A stretch of DNA of 63,795 bases, the filler included, from Chiloscyllium plagiosum (taxonomy: Eukaryota), in the NCBI RefSeq assembly GCF_004010195.1. It is 3 parts of one record of this genome, joined end to end, with 100 filler letters (N's around TTAATTAATTAA, not from the genome) between each part and the next. Parts side by side here need not be neighbours in the genome. Positions count along the whole stretch, not along the records: positions 26,747 to 56,125 come from NC_057710.1; positions 56,226 to 63,795 come from NC_057710.1; 1 more part is not named here. One strand, written 5' to 3'. The notes beneath the pieces are model-generated. The model searched no databases, was not told the DNA's origin, and was given only the letters and a program-made list of their open reading frames with translations. Of this stretch, positions 52,050 to 63,404 are shown piece by piece. Position 1 is the first letter of the stretch, and each line of letters starts with the position of its first letter. The position numbers and the translations under genes are program-made.

Positions 52050-53105
52050 CTAGATGAAGTCTAATATTGCAAAGAGATCTTGATCAATTGGGTCAATGGG
52101 CTGAAGAGTGCCAGATGGAGTTTAATTTAAATCCATGCAAGGTATTGCATTTTGGAAAAACAAGCAAAAGCAAGAATAATACAATTTAAAGTAGGGCCTT
52201 GGGCAGTGTTGTAGAACATAGAGACCTAAGGGTTCAGGTACATAATCCTTTGAGGTTTGTATTACATATAGACAGGGTGGTTAAGAAGACGTTTAGCACC
52301 CTTTCCTTCATTGCTCAGAACTTTGAGTATAGGAGTTGGGATGTTATGTTAAGGTTGTACAGAATATTGGTGAGTTCTCTTCTGGAGTACTGTGTACAAT
52401 TCTGGTCTCCATGTTATAGGAAGAATATTATTAAGCTGGAGAGGGTACGGAAAAGATTTACCAGGATCTTGATACTGGGAATAGAGGGTTTGAATTACCC
52501 CCACCTTCATCTACCTATCGCACTCTCAGTTACTGTCCCCCAAGCCCCACTCCACCCTCCCACCCCCATTTATCTGTCTAACCCCCAGCTCAAGCCTCAT
52601 TCCTGATGAAGGGATTATGCCTGAAACGTCGATTCTCCTGCTCCTCAGATGCTGCTTGACCTGCTGTGCTTTATCAATACCACACTCTTGACTCAGTTTG
52701 AGTTAGAAGAGGAGCCTCAATAGGCTGGGACTTTTTTCACTGAAGCGTAGAAGATTGAGTAGTGACCTTGTAGTGGATTATAAAATAATGAATAGTAGAG
52801 ATAAGATGAATGGCAGGTGCTTTTCCCTCTTAGGGGGGCTTTCAAGACTAAGGGACATATTTTTAAGGTGAGAAGAGAAAAGACATGTGGGGCAATTTTT
52901 TTACACAGACAGTGGTTTGTGTATGGAATGAACGTCCGGAGCAAGTGCTGGATGCGGGTGTGTTGCAAAAGTTACAATAAAAAATATTTGGAGGGGTATT
53001 TTTGAAGTGCAGGAAGGTGGGACTAGTTTTGTTTGGGATTATGGTCAGCAAGAAGCGATTGGACTGAAAGGTCTGTTTCTGTGCTATATGACTCTATGAC
53101 CCTAT
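52050..53105 (+). mobile_element. CR1 3' portion with nested PLE pLTR (52498-52695, TSD gtttgaatta/gtttgagtta)
   Basis: ORF 52199-52606 ([10 protein letters not shown]); tail ctatatgactctatgacc. Confidence 0.88.
52599..52634 (+). ncRNA. Minimal type I hammerhead ribozyme motif
   Basis: attc-CTGATGA-agggattatgcct-GAAAC-GTC-gatt; core intact, stem II has a mismatch. Confidence 0.65.
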
Positions 53106-53879
53106 AAGTTAATCAGGAGGTGCACTTGATAAGCAATGCACTTGTCACCCCACAGCTCCATAGATTTACTTAGTAACATTTCTCTGCGGCTTGTGATTTT
53201 CATGAGTTCCTTCCTCCTTTCCATTTTCTGATTTGTTGTTGCTTCTGAAATGTTCATTCCACAATATTTTAATGCAACCAAAATTGTGTATATCAGTATG
53301 CATAAAAAATTAGCTTCCATGAACCTTCACAATATTGATATATATGCCTGCACACATTTATTGAAGGCTTTTGATAAGCAGTGCAGTATTTTAATTGAAA
53401 GTCACCACAATAAGGCACTATATTTGATTACCAATAGCACTTAATGATTTGTAGGAAATAAAATATCATCTTTACAAAACATTACTTCATGATTTGTGGA
53501 TCTTCGTTACTTATGCTTTTGACTGTTGGCTTCAGTGTAAGCTGACCCTTGGGTCTTGTGGTTATACTGTACTATGTGCTGTTTGTACTCAAGCAATAGT
53601 CAATCTGAACCCCTGACATTTAGCCCTCATCACCTTACTTTTTCATACACGCTATGCTAATTTTGGGAGCAATGTTGGCAGGAACAGTCTTCTTTTCAAA
53701 ATTACTCTTCCTCATGTAAACTTTCCAAAATCGATAAACCGGGATAGCAATCACCGCCTGAATTCAGGACCACGGTCAGCAACTATCGAGACCGTGTCAG
53801 TCCTGGCAGTTCCCAAGCACTGGCATGGATTTCACTCCCACAAAAAATATTTCATGAGTCGATGATCAGGCTGGTGTCA

Positions 53880-54470
53880 CTTGACCCTGTGCCCTCTGCA
53901 CTGGGAATGCCAGATGCAGACAGTTTTGTGAACCACCGCCATTCAATCTTCAAGTGTGACCCCAAGTTTCTCAATACTGTGTATTTTAATTCTCCAACCT
54001 GTTCACTCTCTGACCTTTCTATCCTTGGTCTACTGTTGTGTTCCACAGAAGGTCAAGAGAAGGACACTTTATTCAAAACTGAATTCAGATTTAAATCATA
54101 ACCTCTGACTCATTTTGTGTCTTTTTTGCTGGATTTATTTCCTTACTTACTCTCATGTTTCATTTACATTGCATTCGCATGCTATATGACATACATACTT
54201 CCATTCGACACATCTTGTATTTTGTTTCACTTGCCTCATCATCATTACCTTTAGCCTTTAGCATGAAATATTTTGCTAATGAAACTCTCCTGCCCTTGTA
54301 CCCACCACATATTTTCCTTTTTTTCCATCTTTTCCCTGTTCACCTGCTTCAAATCTATTTCTAACTTTTCCCAGTTGTGATTTGAGGTCACAGACTTGAA
54401 ACATTGACTCTCTTTTTTTTCTCTTCCACAGATGCTGCCAGGCTTGTTGGCTGTTTGTAGCAAGTTCTGA
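53880..54470 (+). mobile_element. Old PLE 3' remnant with degenerate HHR near 54375-54410
   Basis: DLSILGLL remnant; tgatttgaggtcacagacttgaaacattgactc followed by ccacagatgctgcc. Confidence 0.55.
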
Positions 54471-55035
54471 TTCTATACTAATTGACACGTAGTTACTTTG
54501 ATTTTCTTAGTTCCATTTCCTAATGAGTTTCTTGGCATGACATTTATGAAATGCTTTGAGAGATATGAATAAAGTAGATGAATTCAATAAAAATATTTCA
54601 TGAAATTACACCACAAAGGATGAAGCATGGAGCCAGAATTTATTCAGGAAATGGTTCTACTAGAGTTGCATCACTAATGGACTGGATTTTATAGTCAGTT
54701 CCAAAGGAAAAGAGTTTGCAGTTCATTTCACTGTCAGCTGTCAACAAAGGCTTTGCAGCCCTTTGATTGCAAACTTCCTGTAATCCAACTTCTGCAATCA
54801 GATCCCAAACTCCCCCAACGCCCCCCCCCCCCAACCCCTGACCTCCGCCAGCAACATGTGGTATCTGGGAGCAGCACTCAAAGCCCTGGGCCTCTTCACA
54901 AATCAGGTTGAAGAAGCATCCATGAGACATGCTGGACTGAATTTTCCCAATCCCATGGAGATTGGGTGCGAGATGAGATCAGGAACAAAATCAGGTTGAT
55001 CCCACGTGATTTTGCCAGAGGCAGGTGAGTACAGC

Positions 55036-56125
55036 AGTGGGAGCAGCGTCGAAGTAAAAGCGAACCCGGGAGACTACAGCAAAGGTAAGACAGTTTGTTT
55101 TAAAATTGCTTACCTGTAGCGGGCAGCGGTGTGTTTTTTTTACTCTCTCTCCACAGAAAGAGCGGGAGCAGCAGAGGAAGTGACGGCAAGCAGAGGGGCA
55201 GCCGGGAAGGAAAAGTGAGTATAAATACTCACCCCTTGACACCAACGGTCATTTGAGTGGGAGCAGCGTCGAAGTAAAAGCGAACCCGGGAGACTACAGC
55301 AAAGGTAAGACAGTTTGTTTTAAAATTGCTTACCTGTAGCGGGCAGCGGTGTGTTTCTTTTTACTCTCTCCCCACAGAAAGAGCGGGGGCAGCAGAGGAA
55401 GTGACGGCAAGCAGAGGGGCAGCCGGGAAGGAAAAGTGAGTATAAATACTCACCCCTTGACACCAACGGTCATTTGAGTGGGAGCAGCGTCGAAGTAAAA
55501 GCGAACCCGGGAGACTACAGCAAAGGTAAGACAGTTTGTTTTAAAATTGCTTACCTGTAGCGGGCAGCGGTGTGTTTCTTTTTACTCTCTCCCCACAGAA
55601 AGAGCGGGGGCAGCAGAGGAAGTGACGGCAAGCAGAGGGGCAGCCGGGAAGGAAAAGTGAGTATAAATACTCACCCCTTGACACCAACGGTCATTTGAGT
55701 GGGAGCAGCGTCGAAGTAAAAGCGAACCCGGGAGACTACAGCAAAGGTAAGACAGTTTGTTTTAAAATTGCTTACCTGTAGCGGGCAGCGGTGTGTTTCT
55801 TTTTACTCTCTCTCCACAGAAAGAGCGGGAGCAGCAGAGGAAGTGACGGCAAGCAGAGGGGCAGCCGGGAAGGAAAAGTGAGTATAAATACTCACCCCTT
55901 GACACGAACGGTCATTTGAGTGGGAGCAGCGTCGAAGTAAAAGCGAACCCGGGAGACTACAGCAAAGGTAAGACAGTTTGTTTTAAAATTGCTTACCTGT
56001 AGCAGGCAGCGGTGTGTTTTTTTTTTACTCTCTCTCCACAGAAAGAGCGGGAGCAGCAGAGGAAGTGACGGCAAGCAGAGGGGCAGCCGGGAAGGAAAAG
56101 TGAGTATAAATACCCACCCCTTGAC
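55036..56125 (+). repeat. Tandem array of 220-221 bp units (4 full + nearly full 5th, running into a gap); probable CR1 5' UTR monomers
   Basis: Units start at 55036, 55256, 55477, 55698 and 55919; near-identical and CpG-rich; a same-strand CR1 3' end follows the gap. Confidence 0.9.
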
Positions 56126-56225
56126 NNNNNNNNNNNNNNNNNNNNNNNNNNNNNNNNNNNNNNNNNNNNTTAATTAATTAANNNNNNNNNNNNNNNNNNN
56201 NNNNNNNNNNNNNNNNNNNNNNNNN
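56126..56225. other. Assembly gap with artificial TTAATTAATTAA linker
   Basis: 44 N + linker (56170-56181) + 44 N. Confidence 0.95.
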
Positions 56226-56793
56226 AGTACTGAGGTTATGTTGCAGTTGTATACGACTCTGGTGCGGCCGCATCTGGAGTATTGTGTGCAGTTTTGGTTG
56301 CCATACTATAGGAAGGATGTGGAGGCACTGGAACGTGTGCAGAGGAGGTTTACTTTCCCAACTTAGCTGCTGACATGAAGATCGTATGAGGAAAGGCTGA
56401 GGCACTTGGGGTTGTTTTCATTGGAGAAAAGAAGGTTTAGGGGTGACTTGATAGAGGTGTACAAGATGATTAGTGGTTTAGATAGGGTTGACCGTGAGAA
56501 CCTTTTTCCACTTATGGAGTCAACTATTATGAGGGGGCATAGCTTTAAATTAAGGGGTTGTAGGTATAGGACAGATGTTAGGGGTAGATTCTTTACTCAG
56601 CGAGTCGTGAGTTCATGGAATGCCCAGCCAGTAGCAGTGTTGGACTCTCCCTCTTTATGGGCATTTAAGCGGGCATTGGATAGGCATATGGAGGATAGTG
56701 GGCTAGTGTAGGTTAGGTGGGCTTGGATAGGCGCAACATCGAGGGCCAAAGGCCCTGTACTGCGCTGTATTCTTCTATGTTCTATGTTCTATG
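56226..56793 (+). mobile_element. CR1 3' end with (TTCTATG)3 tail
   Basis: [16 protein letters not shown] 56406-56711. Confidence 0.93.
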
Positions 56794-57502
56794 ACACTTT
56801 ATTACTGAACAGCCGGCGAGAGATTCTGGGTGACACCAAAGTGGCACCCCTCGATGAATCTCTGAAAATTACATGTAAGCAGTATATTTTATATCTTGTT
56901 CGGGTGTGACTAATGCAAAGTTCTTAACATCATATGGCTGATTCGTATTATGTTGTTAAAATAGATATTTCTCAATCTTAAAATGACCAGTGATTGCTAC
57001 CTTCCTGTGACAAATTTCAAATCGTTCACAGGAGCTTGTTACTGTATTATTCACAATCTTATGTTAATAGGCAAGGAGGTAGATAATAGGATTTAGTATT
57101 GCTCTCATTGTTGGTCTTCACATGCCCTTGTTAATAGGTAAGGAAGTGTGTTAATAGGAACAGCAGGCAGTTAGTAAGATCTATAACCAGGATTGACACT
57201 TTTATTCAGGGAAGCAAATATCTTTGCCCGGAGCTGGGAGCAAAATCCATACGTATGGCTCCAGATGATTTTGGCAGTTCAGAGATAGCCAGACACCCAC
57301 TGTGATTTCCGCTTTCAGCCCGTCAAAGGACGCGTACACAACCGAACACATTGTGAGTCACTCTAATAGGGGATCTTTAACCCTTGAATTCACAGTACTG
57401 CAAAACCCTAGGATAAGCCATTAAAATTTTTATTTTACTTTTGCAATCCTCAAACTTCATCCGGTGGAGGAACAGAGATAAAGAGAGCATGTGATAGCAC
57501 AG

Positions 57503-57666
57503 ATTCTGGAAGAGCACAGCAATTCAGGCAGCATCCGACGAGCAGCATAGGGCTTTTGCCCGAAACATCGATTTTGCTGCTCGTCGGATGCTGCCTGAAT
57601 TGCTCTGGTCTTCCAGCACCACTGATCCAGAATCTGGTTTCCAGCATCTGCAGTCATTGTTTTTAT
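57503..57666 (+). mobile_element. PLE-derived fold-back element, perfect 15-bp TSD
   Basis: catgtgatagcacag at 57488-57502 and 57667-57681; partial HHR (gggcttttgcccgaaacatcg). Confidence 0.92.
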
Positions 57667-57681
57667 CATGTGATAGCACAG

Positions 57682-57903
57682 GCTGGTGGACTGGAGAATG
57701 TCATTGATCTTCTTCCTATATTTCTGTGCATTCCTCCAGATGGCTGAGACCACAACAAAGCCGGCAAACATCTCAGACTAGGTGGTCTGGTGTCATGACC
57801 TTTACTTCTTCTCCTGGGGGAAGACATTTTCCCACCTTTGTACCAAGCTGACCCGCAGGGCCTCTCGGTCCCTGTCCACAAAGCAGGATGCTAATTTCAC
57901 CAC
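57682..57903 (-). pseudogene. Decayed Myb/SANT-like DNA-binding ORF, probably from a Harbinger/PIF transposon
   Basis: One frame reads KLASCFVDRDREALRVSLVQRWENVFPQEKK*RS*HQTT*SEMFAGFVVVSAIWRNAQKYRKKINDILQS, resembling the NAIF1/MSANTD-type trihelix pattern. Confidence 0.65.
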
Positions 57904-57946
57904 TGTGTGGGACAAATATCAGGAAATGTGCAGGGCAGCTCTGAAA

Positions 57947-58500
57947 TAGAGTCATAGAGATGTACAGCATGGAAACAGACATAGGTCTCTTTTATATCTT
58001 TCCCCTCTCACCCTAAACCTATGCCCTCTAGTTCTAGACTCCCCCACCCCAGGAAAAAGACTTTGTCTATTTACCCTATCCATGCCCCTCATAATTTTGT
58101 AAACCTCTAGAAGGTCACCCTTCAACCTCCGACACTCCAGGGAAAACATCCCCAGCCTGTTCAGCCCCTCCCTATAGCTCAAATCCTCCAACCCTGGCAA
58201 CATCCTTGTAAATCTTTTCTGAACCCTTTCAAGTTTCACAACATTTTTCCGATAGGAAGGAGACCAGAATTGCATGCAATATTCCAACAGTGGCCTAACC
58301 AATGTCCTGTACAGCCGCAACTTGACCTCCCAATGCCTGTACTCAAAACTCTGACCAATAAAGGAAAGCATACCAAACGTCTTCTTCACTATCCTATCTA
58401 CCTGTGACTCCACTTTCAAGAAGATATGCCACGGTCTCTTTGTTCAGCAACACTCCCTAGGACCTTACCATTAAGTGTATGAGTCCTGCTGAGATTTGCT
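57947..58500 (-). mobile_element. CR1 family A 3' portion with internal deletion near 57982
   Basis: ORF 57952-58419; tail tagagtcatagag. Confidence 0.92.
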
Positions 58501-58774
58501 ATCCCAAGACAGAGTTTGTTCAGTTTACAATGGAAATTTAAAGATGATACAGGTTCAAGGAAGGACAGCGAATTCCAGGATAACCACTGAGTAATGTGTT
58601 CCATCTTAATTCACACAACATGCGTTTTTTCTGTGATTTCTGGCCTTCTTTTGACTCCCAAACAAGAAGTTCTCGCCCTAGGTTTTCAAAACCCTACACA
58701 GCCCCACCATCCATGTCAATCTGCCCTTCTCCAGCCCTGTAGTCTGCTGTGATATCTGTGCTAATCTAAATTTA

Positions 58775-59103
58775 TTTTTATTCATTCATGGGATAAGGGC
58801 ATATTTATTGCCCATCTCTAATTAACCAGAACATAGTTAAGAGCTAACCACAATGCTGAGAGTCTGCAGTCAAATGTAGGCCAGACCAGGTAAGGATAGC
58901 AGTTTTCTTTCCTTGAGGACATTAGTGAATCAGACGGGTTTTTCCAACAATCAACAATGGCCTCATGGTCATCATTAAAGTCTTAATTCCAGATTTTTGT
59001 TCAAATCCAGCTGCCATGGTGGGATTCAAACCCAGACCTCTAGAACATTACCTGGGTCTCTAGGTTAATACTCCAGCAATAATACACTAGACCATCACCT
59101 CCC
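58775..59103 (-). mobile_element. SINE-B
   Basis: Minus-strand head ggtgatggtctagtgtattattgctgg...gggtttgaatccc (A/B-box-like). Confidence 0.85.
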
Positions 59104-59147
59104 TAATCAAAATCTGGCATCTTGCCCACTCCTGATCATATATGAGT

Positions 59148-59472
59148 GGCGGCATGGTGGCACAGAGGTTAGCACTGCTGCCTCGCAGCGCCAGAGACCC
59201 GGGTTCAATTCCCGCCGCAGGCTACTGACTGTGTGGAGTTTGCACATTGTCCCCGTGTCTGCGTGGGTTTCCTCCGGGTGCTCCGGTTTCCTCCCACAGT
59301 CCAAAGATGTGCAGGTCAGGTGAATTGGCCATGCTAAATTTCCCACAGTGTTAGGTAAGGGGTAAAGGTAGGGGTGTGGGTGGGTTGCGCTTCGGCGGGG
59401 CGGTGTGGACTTGTTGGGCCGAAGGGCCTGTTTCCACACTGTAAGTAATCTAATCTATCTAATCTAATCTAA
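59148..59472 (+). mobile_element. Well-preserved HE1-like V-SINE
   Basis: A box TGGCACAGAGG, B box GGTTCAATTCC, V-domain tgtgtggagtttgcac...ggtttcctccgggtgctccggtttcctccc, CR1-type 3' end ggccgaagggcctgtttcc, (TAATC)n tail, ATGAG TSD. Confidence 0.93.
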
Positions 59473-59788
59473 TGAGCTGCTGTGGGAAACTATGTAATTA
59501 ACTGCCAAGGAATGCCCTTCCTACGCCTCTCTGCCTCTCCATCCTTCATTACTAGGCTGAGATATTTGATACAAGCAAACAAAACCTCTTACACGAAGCT
59601 GTAGGATGACCCATTAGGTAAGAGAAGATAGTGGAAGTCTGAGTGAAAATGAATGCTGGAGGTCTAAAAATAAAACATCAGAAATATGATAGTAGTCATG
59701 ATTTGGAGATGCCGGTGTTGGACTGGGGTGTACAAAGTTAAAAATCACACAACACCAGGTTATAGTCCCACAGGTTTAATTGGAAGCA

Positions 59789-59823
59789 CACTAGCTTTTG
59801 GAGCGACGCTCCTTCATCAGGTG
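59789..59823 (-). ncRNA. Minimal HHR motif, family 2 (one core mutation)
   Basis: Minus strand cac-CTGATGA-a-ggagc-gtc-gctcc-aAAAG-CTA-gtg (G of GAAA mutated). Confidence 0.6.
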
Positions 59824-59832
59824 GTTGTCAAT

Positions 59833-59867
59833 CACCTGATAAAGGAGCGTCGTTCCGAAAGCTAGTG
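59833..59867 (+). ncRNA. Minimal HHR motif, family 2 (one core mutation)
   Basis: cac-CTGATaA-a-ggagc-gtc-gttcc-GAAAG-CTA-gtg. Confidence 0.6.
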
Positions 59868-60329
59868 TGCTTCCAATTAAACCTGTGGGACTATAACCTG
59901 GTGTTGTGTGATTTTTAACTCAGAAATAAGAGACTAATTTTCTGATTTAAATGGAATATGAAGAAATTGGAATTACACCCCAAGAATTTAATGAAGTTTC
60001 AAAAGATGTAATAATTAAATATACATAATTTATTCTAATTGTACAATTGAAATGAATTCTATTGCATTAAATTTATTGTCACGTGTACCAACGCACAGTG
60101 AAAGGCTTTGTCTTGCAAGCAATACAGGCAGATAACATAGTTAAGTAGCATAGATAAGTAAGTAAAATTGCTTAGCAGCTTTATGTTAAAATCTTTTCCA
60201 TGACGAACTTTCCAAACCTAATTGGAAACAGTAATAGTGCTAATGTAATTCCAATATTCATGAAAGGGGAGAGGTACTGGCCAGAAAGCAGGCCAGTCAC
60301 TCTAATATTCGTGATGGGAAACCCTTGGA

Positions 60330-61150
60330 AGTCACTATCAGGCCAAGATAACCTTTACCTTTGGAATGATTTGGATTAACCAAGAAAAGCCAGCATGGAT
60401 TTGCTCGGGGCAATTTGTGTTTAAATTAATTGAAGACAGAACAAGGACATTTAGAGGACTTTTAAATCAGCACATGAATATGCAAGGAATGGAGGGATAT
60501 GGACCAAGGGCAGGCACAAGGAATTAGATTAATTTGGCATCATGTTCAGCACAACGTCTTTCATATGCTAGGCTGCTCTATGTTCTGTGAAATATTGATG
60601 ATGTATAAAGAAGTCCAATCAAGATAGTGCAGACATATGTAAACATATCTTTTTATATGTATAGATACTGTGAGGTTTACAAAAAATTTCAACACAGGAG
60701 GTTTATTCAGAAAATAGAAATCCTTTAAATTAAGGGTATGGACACAAAATTTATCCAGTGATAGAAAGCAAAAAGTAGTGATAAATGAAGGTGGTTTGCT
60801 GTACTGTTTCCCAAGGATCAGTTTTGGACCCATAACATTTAGAAATAATCTAGACTAAGGTGTAGGGAGAAGAATTATGAAGATTTCAGCCACAATGAAA
60901 CTTGACAACGCACTAATGGTGATGGGCTTCTGAATGATGAAATGGGGAGAAGTGAGGTTCAATGCGGAGAATTACAAAAGGATACGTTTTGGAAAGACTA
61001 ATATGGATATTACAGTATACTTCAAATGCTACGATTTCGCAAAATATAAATCCAGATAAATAACTTGGTGTCTTCATGCACCAACCCTTCCAAATTGGAT
61101 GCCATATTGTTGGTGTGATTAAGGAAGGATATTAACACTTTATAAATAGA
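60330..61150 (+). mobile_element. Old CR1 fragments, including a 3' end at about 60445-60590
   Basis: SQHGF and PQGSVFGP remnants; 3' UTR gggatatggaccaagggcagg. Confidence 0.55.
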
Positions 61151-61329
61151 ACAGAAAGGCTCCTGGTGAAAAATTGTGAACTTCAAATATTAATGCTGTT
61201 TCTCTCGCAGCGTATGCTTCCTGACCTCTAGAGAATTTCCTCCATATTCAGGTACACAGTGTTTTCAGTTTTTATTTCAGATTCGCAGCCTCTTTAGTAC
61301 TTTGTTTTGCAGGGAAGCATCAAGTATTT

Positions 61330-62070
61330 GTTTGATTCATTCATGGAATGAGGGCATCACTGACAATGCCATCATTACTGCCTATTCCCGATGAATATAG
61401 TGGTTAACTGTCTTTCTGAACCATTTCAGTCCACCTGGCACAGGACAAGCATTGTGTTATGTGAGAAAAAGTTCCAGGATTTTTCCAGGATTTTCAATAG
61501 CGAGTTAATTCCAAGTCAGGATGAAGTAAGACTTGGAAAGAAACTGGGCTGATAGTGCTTCCATGCATTTGCTGCCCTTGGTAGATGTCACAGATCTGAA
61601 AAGTGTGTAACAACTGTTTTTATCTTTTGGACTAGATAATAGGGAAAGCTGCTGCTTTAGATCAAGGAACAGAGGAGAAAGATGCTGCTCTGCTCTGCTG
61701 TTGTAACCACAGTATTGATATAGCAAGTCCAGTTCAGTTTCTGGTCAATGCTAAACATGAAGATGCTGTCAGTGGAGGTTTCAGTACAAGTAATGGTGCT
61801 GCTGAGGGGTGAGGATTGGATTCTCTCTTGTTTGTAGATGGTCACTGTCTGGCACTTGTGTACTGTGAATGTCGCTTGTAACTTGTCAATCGAAGATTGG
61901 ATATTGTTCAGATCTTGCAGTATTTGAATACAGACTGCTTCAGTTTCTGAGGAATTGCAAGTCCTGTGGAAAGTCGATCAGTATGAGCAAACATTATGAC
62001 CTTTGACACTATATGGACAGAAGGTCATTGATGAAGTAGCTGAAGATGGTTGGGCCTGGACATTACTGTA
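61330..62070 (-). mobile_element. LINE-B 3' portion
   Basis: SIDQKLNWTCYINTV (61657-61845); tail homology. Confidence 0.75.
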
Positions 62071-62799
62071 TCTCCTGCCAGGATGTAGGACCACATCCCT
62101 ATGTGATTCACTACTGCTGTTCACAAACAAGCTGTGGAATGCAATTTCTTTCTCTTCTAATCACCGAAGAAATCATGAGTACACTTTATGGTGCCCTGTA
62201 ACTTTGGAAAATGTGTAGCTAGGCTGTTATTTTCTATGCATAAGAAAAGCAATGTAATCACTCTCCTGGTGTGGAGAGTCTCAGCAACTCTGTGATATAA
62301 CAGGTGGATTGCAAAAGTGCAACTGTCATTGATGCCACTTGCTGCAGCCTGTTGAATAAATGTTAAGGGTTAATGTTACAATCTCCATAGTGATTGCCAA
62401 CATCGAAAGACAGATTTGAAGTCCAAATTTAAATAATGAAGCCTCAAGGTTCTAATGCTTAAAAAAATGGATTTGACAAAATGAAGTAAACGCTACAAAA
62501 AAACACTTTTTGATAATTATGTATACTTTACATAAAAAAGCGCACTAACTCTCATCTAAACATTACCTTTTCCAAGATAAATACACCCCACCTCAACTAT
62601 CCTCCTCCTCACCCATTACCACCTCAGAAAGATTTTGATACTTCTCAGCATCCTATAGGTTATCTCCACTTTCCCACAATTATCTTTGAAATTCTGGGAT
62701 TTTTCAGCTTGAACTTGAGCTTCGAGCATAGTTCTTGCACAGTGACTGCAACAGAAATTTAGAAATAGCCTTGGTTTCTGATAGCTCTTAGAGCCACAT

Positions 62800-63036
62800 C
62801 ATAGAATCCCTAGAGTGTGAAAGCAGGCCATTTGACCCATCAAATCTACACCAACCTCTGAAGATCATCCCACCAGCTCCACCCCCATACCTTTTCCCTG
62901 TAAGCCTGCACGTCCCCATACACCACAGGAAATTTAGCATGGCCAGTCCACCTAATCTGCGCATCTTTGGACTGTGGGAGGAAAGAGGAGTAGTCGGAAA
63001 AAACCCATACAGACATGAGAAGAATGTGCAAACTCC
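62800..63036 (-). mobile_element. HE1-like V-SINE fragment
   Basis: ttggactgtgggaggaaa...atgtgcaaactccac on the minus strand. Confidence 0.8.
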
Positions 63037-63404
63037 ACTGGTTGTCAACTGCTTCACAGCTTATTATTTTTTCTCTTTCTCTCTGTCTGATTCCAAGCTG
63101 AACTGCTTGTTTTCACTGTGAGAATTATTAATAATTTCTTTCTCTAGCTCTAAACTATGCAAATTTTCCAGTTGCTTTCTCCTTTATGAACTCTGTCTCC
63201 AAACTCCTTTATGACTTGTATGAGCTCTTCATATATTGCAGCTGCCTGTTAATACTATGAATTGTTGAGTCCATTTACCATGTGGTAAACAAACAGTGAA
63301 GCAACCCAATTTCCAAACAAAAACTGGACATAAGACAACCAGAGCAAAATGTAAGATTAAGAAGCAAGTTTAAGAAGGTGTAAGTGTAACTTTCAACCAA
63401 GAAA

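Larger units (their letters stand above)
59696..59920 (-). mobile_element. Second family of HHR-bearing fold-back element (92-bp arms)
   Basis: Arms 59736-59827 and 59829-59920; TSD tcagaaatatga (59678-59689) / tcagaaataaga (59920-59931). Confidence 0.88.

Noticed and set aside
53641..53865. 74-codon stop-free frame in non-repeat sequence
   Set aside because: No early start codon, splice signals or recognisable domain; length compatible with chance.
55036..56125. CRISPR-like array
   Set aside because: Units are near-identical over their whole length with no unique spacers; eukaryotic context and no cas genes.
57319..57352. Candidate 34-nt exon (tttccgctttcag ... gtgagt)
   Set aside because: Splice signals look plausible, but no recognisable peptide or partner exons; cannot be supported without RNA data.
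59148..59220. tRNA gene
   Set aside because: The tRNA-like head continues into a V-domain and CR1-type tail, so it is a SINE.
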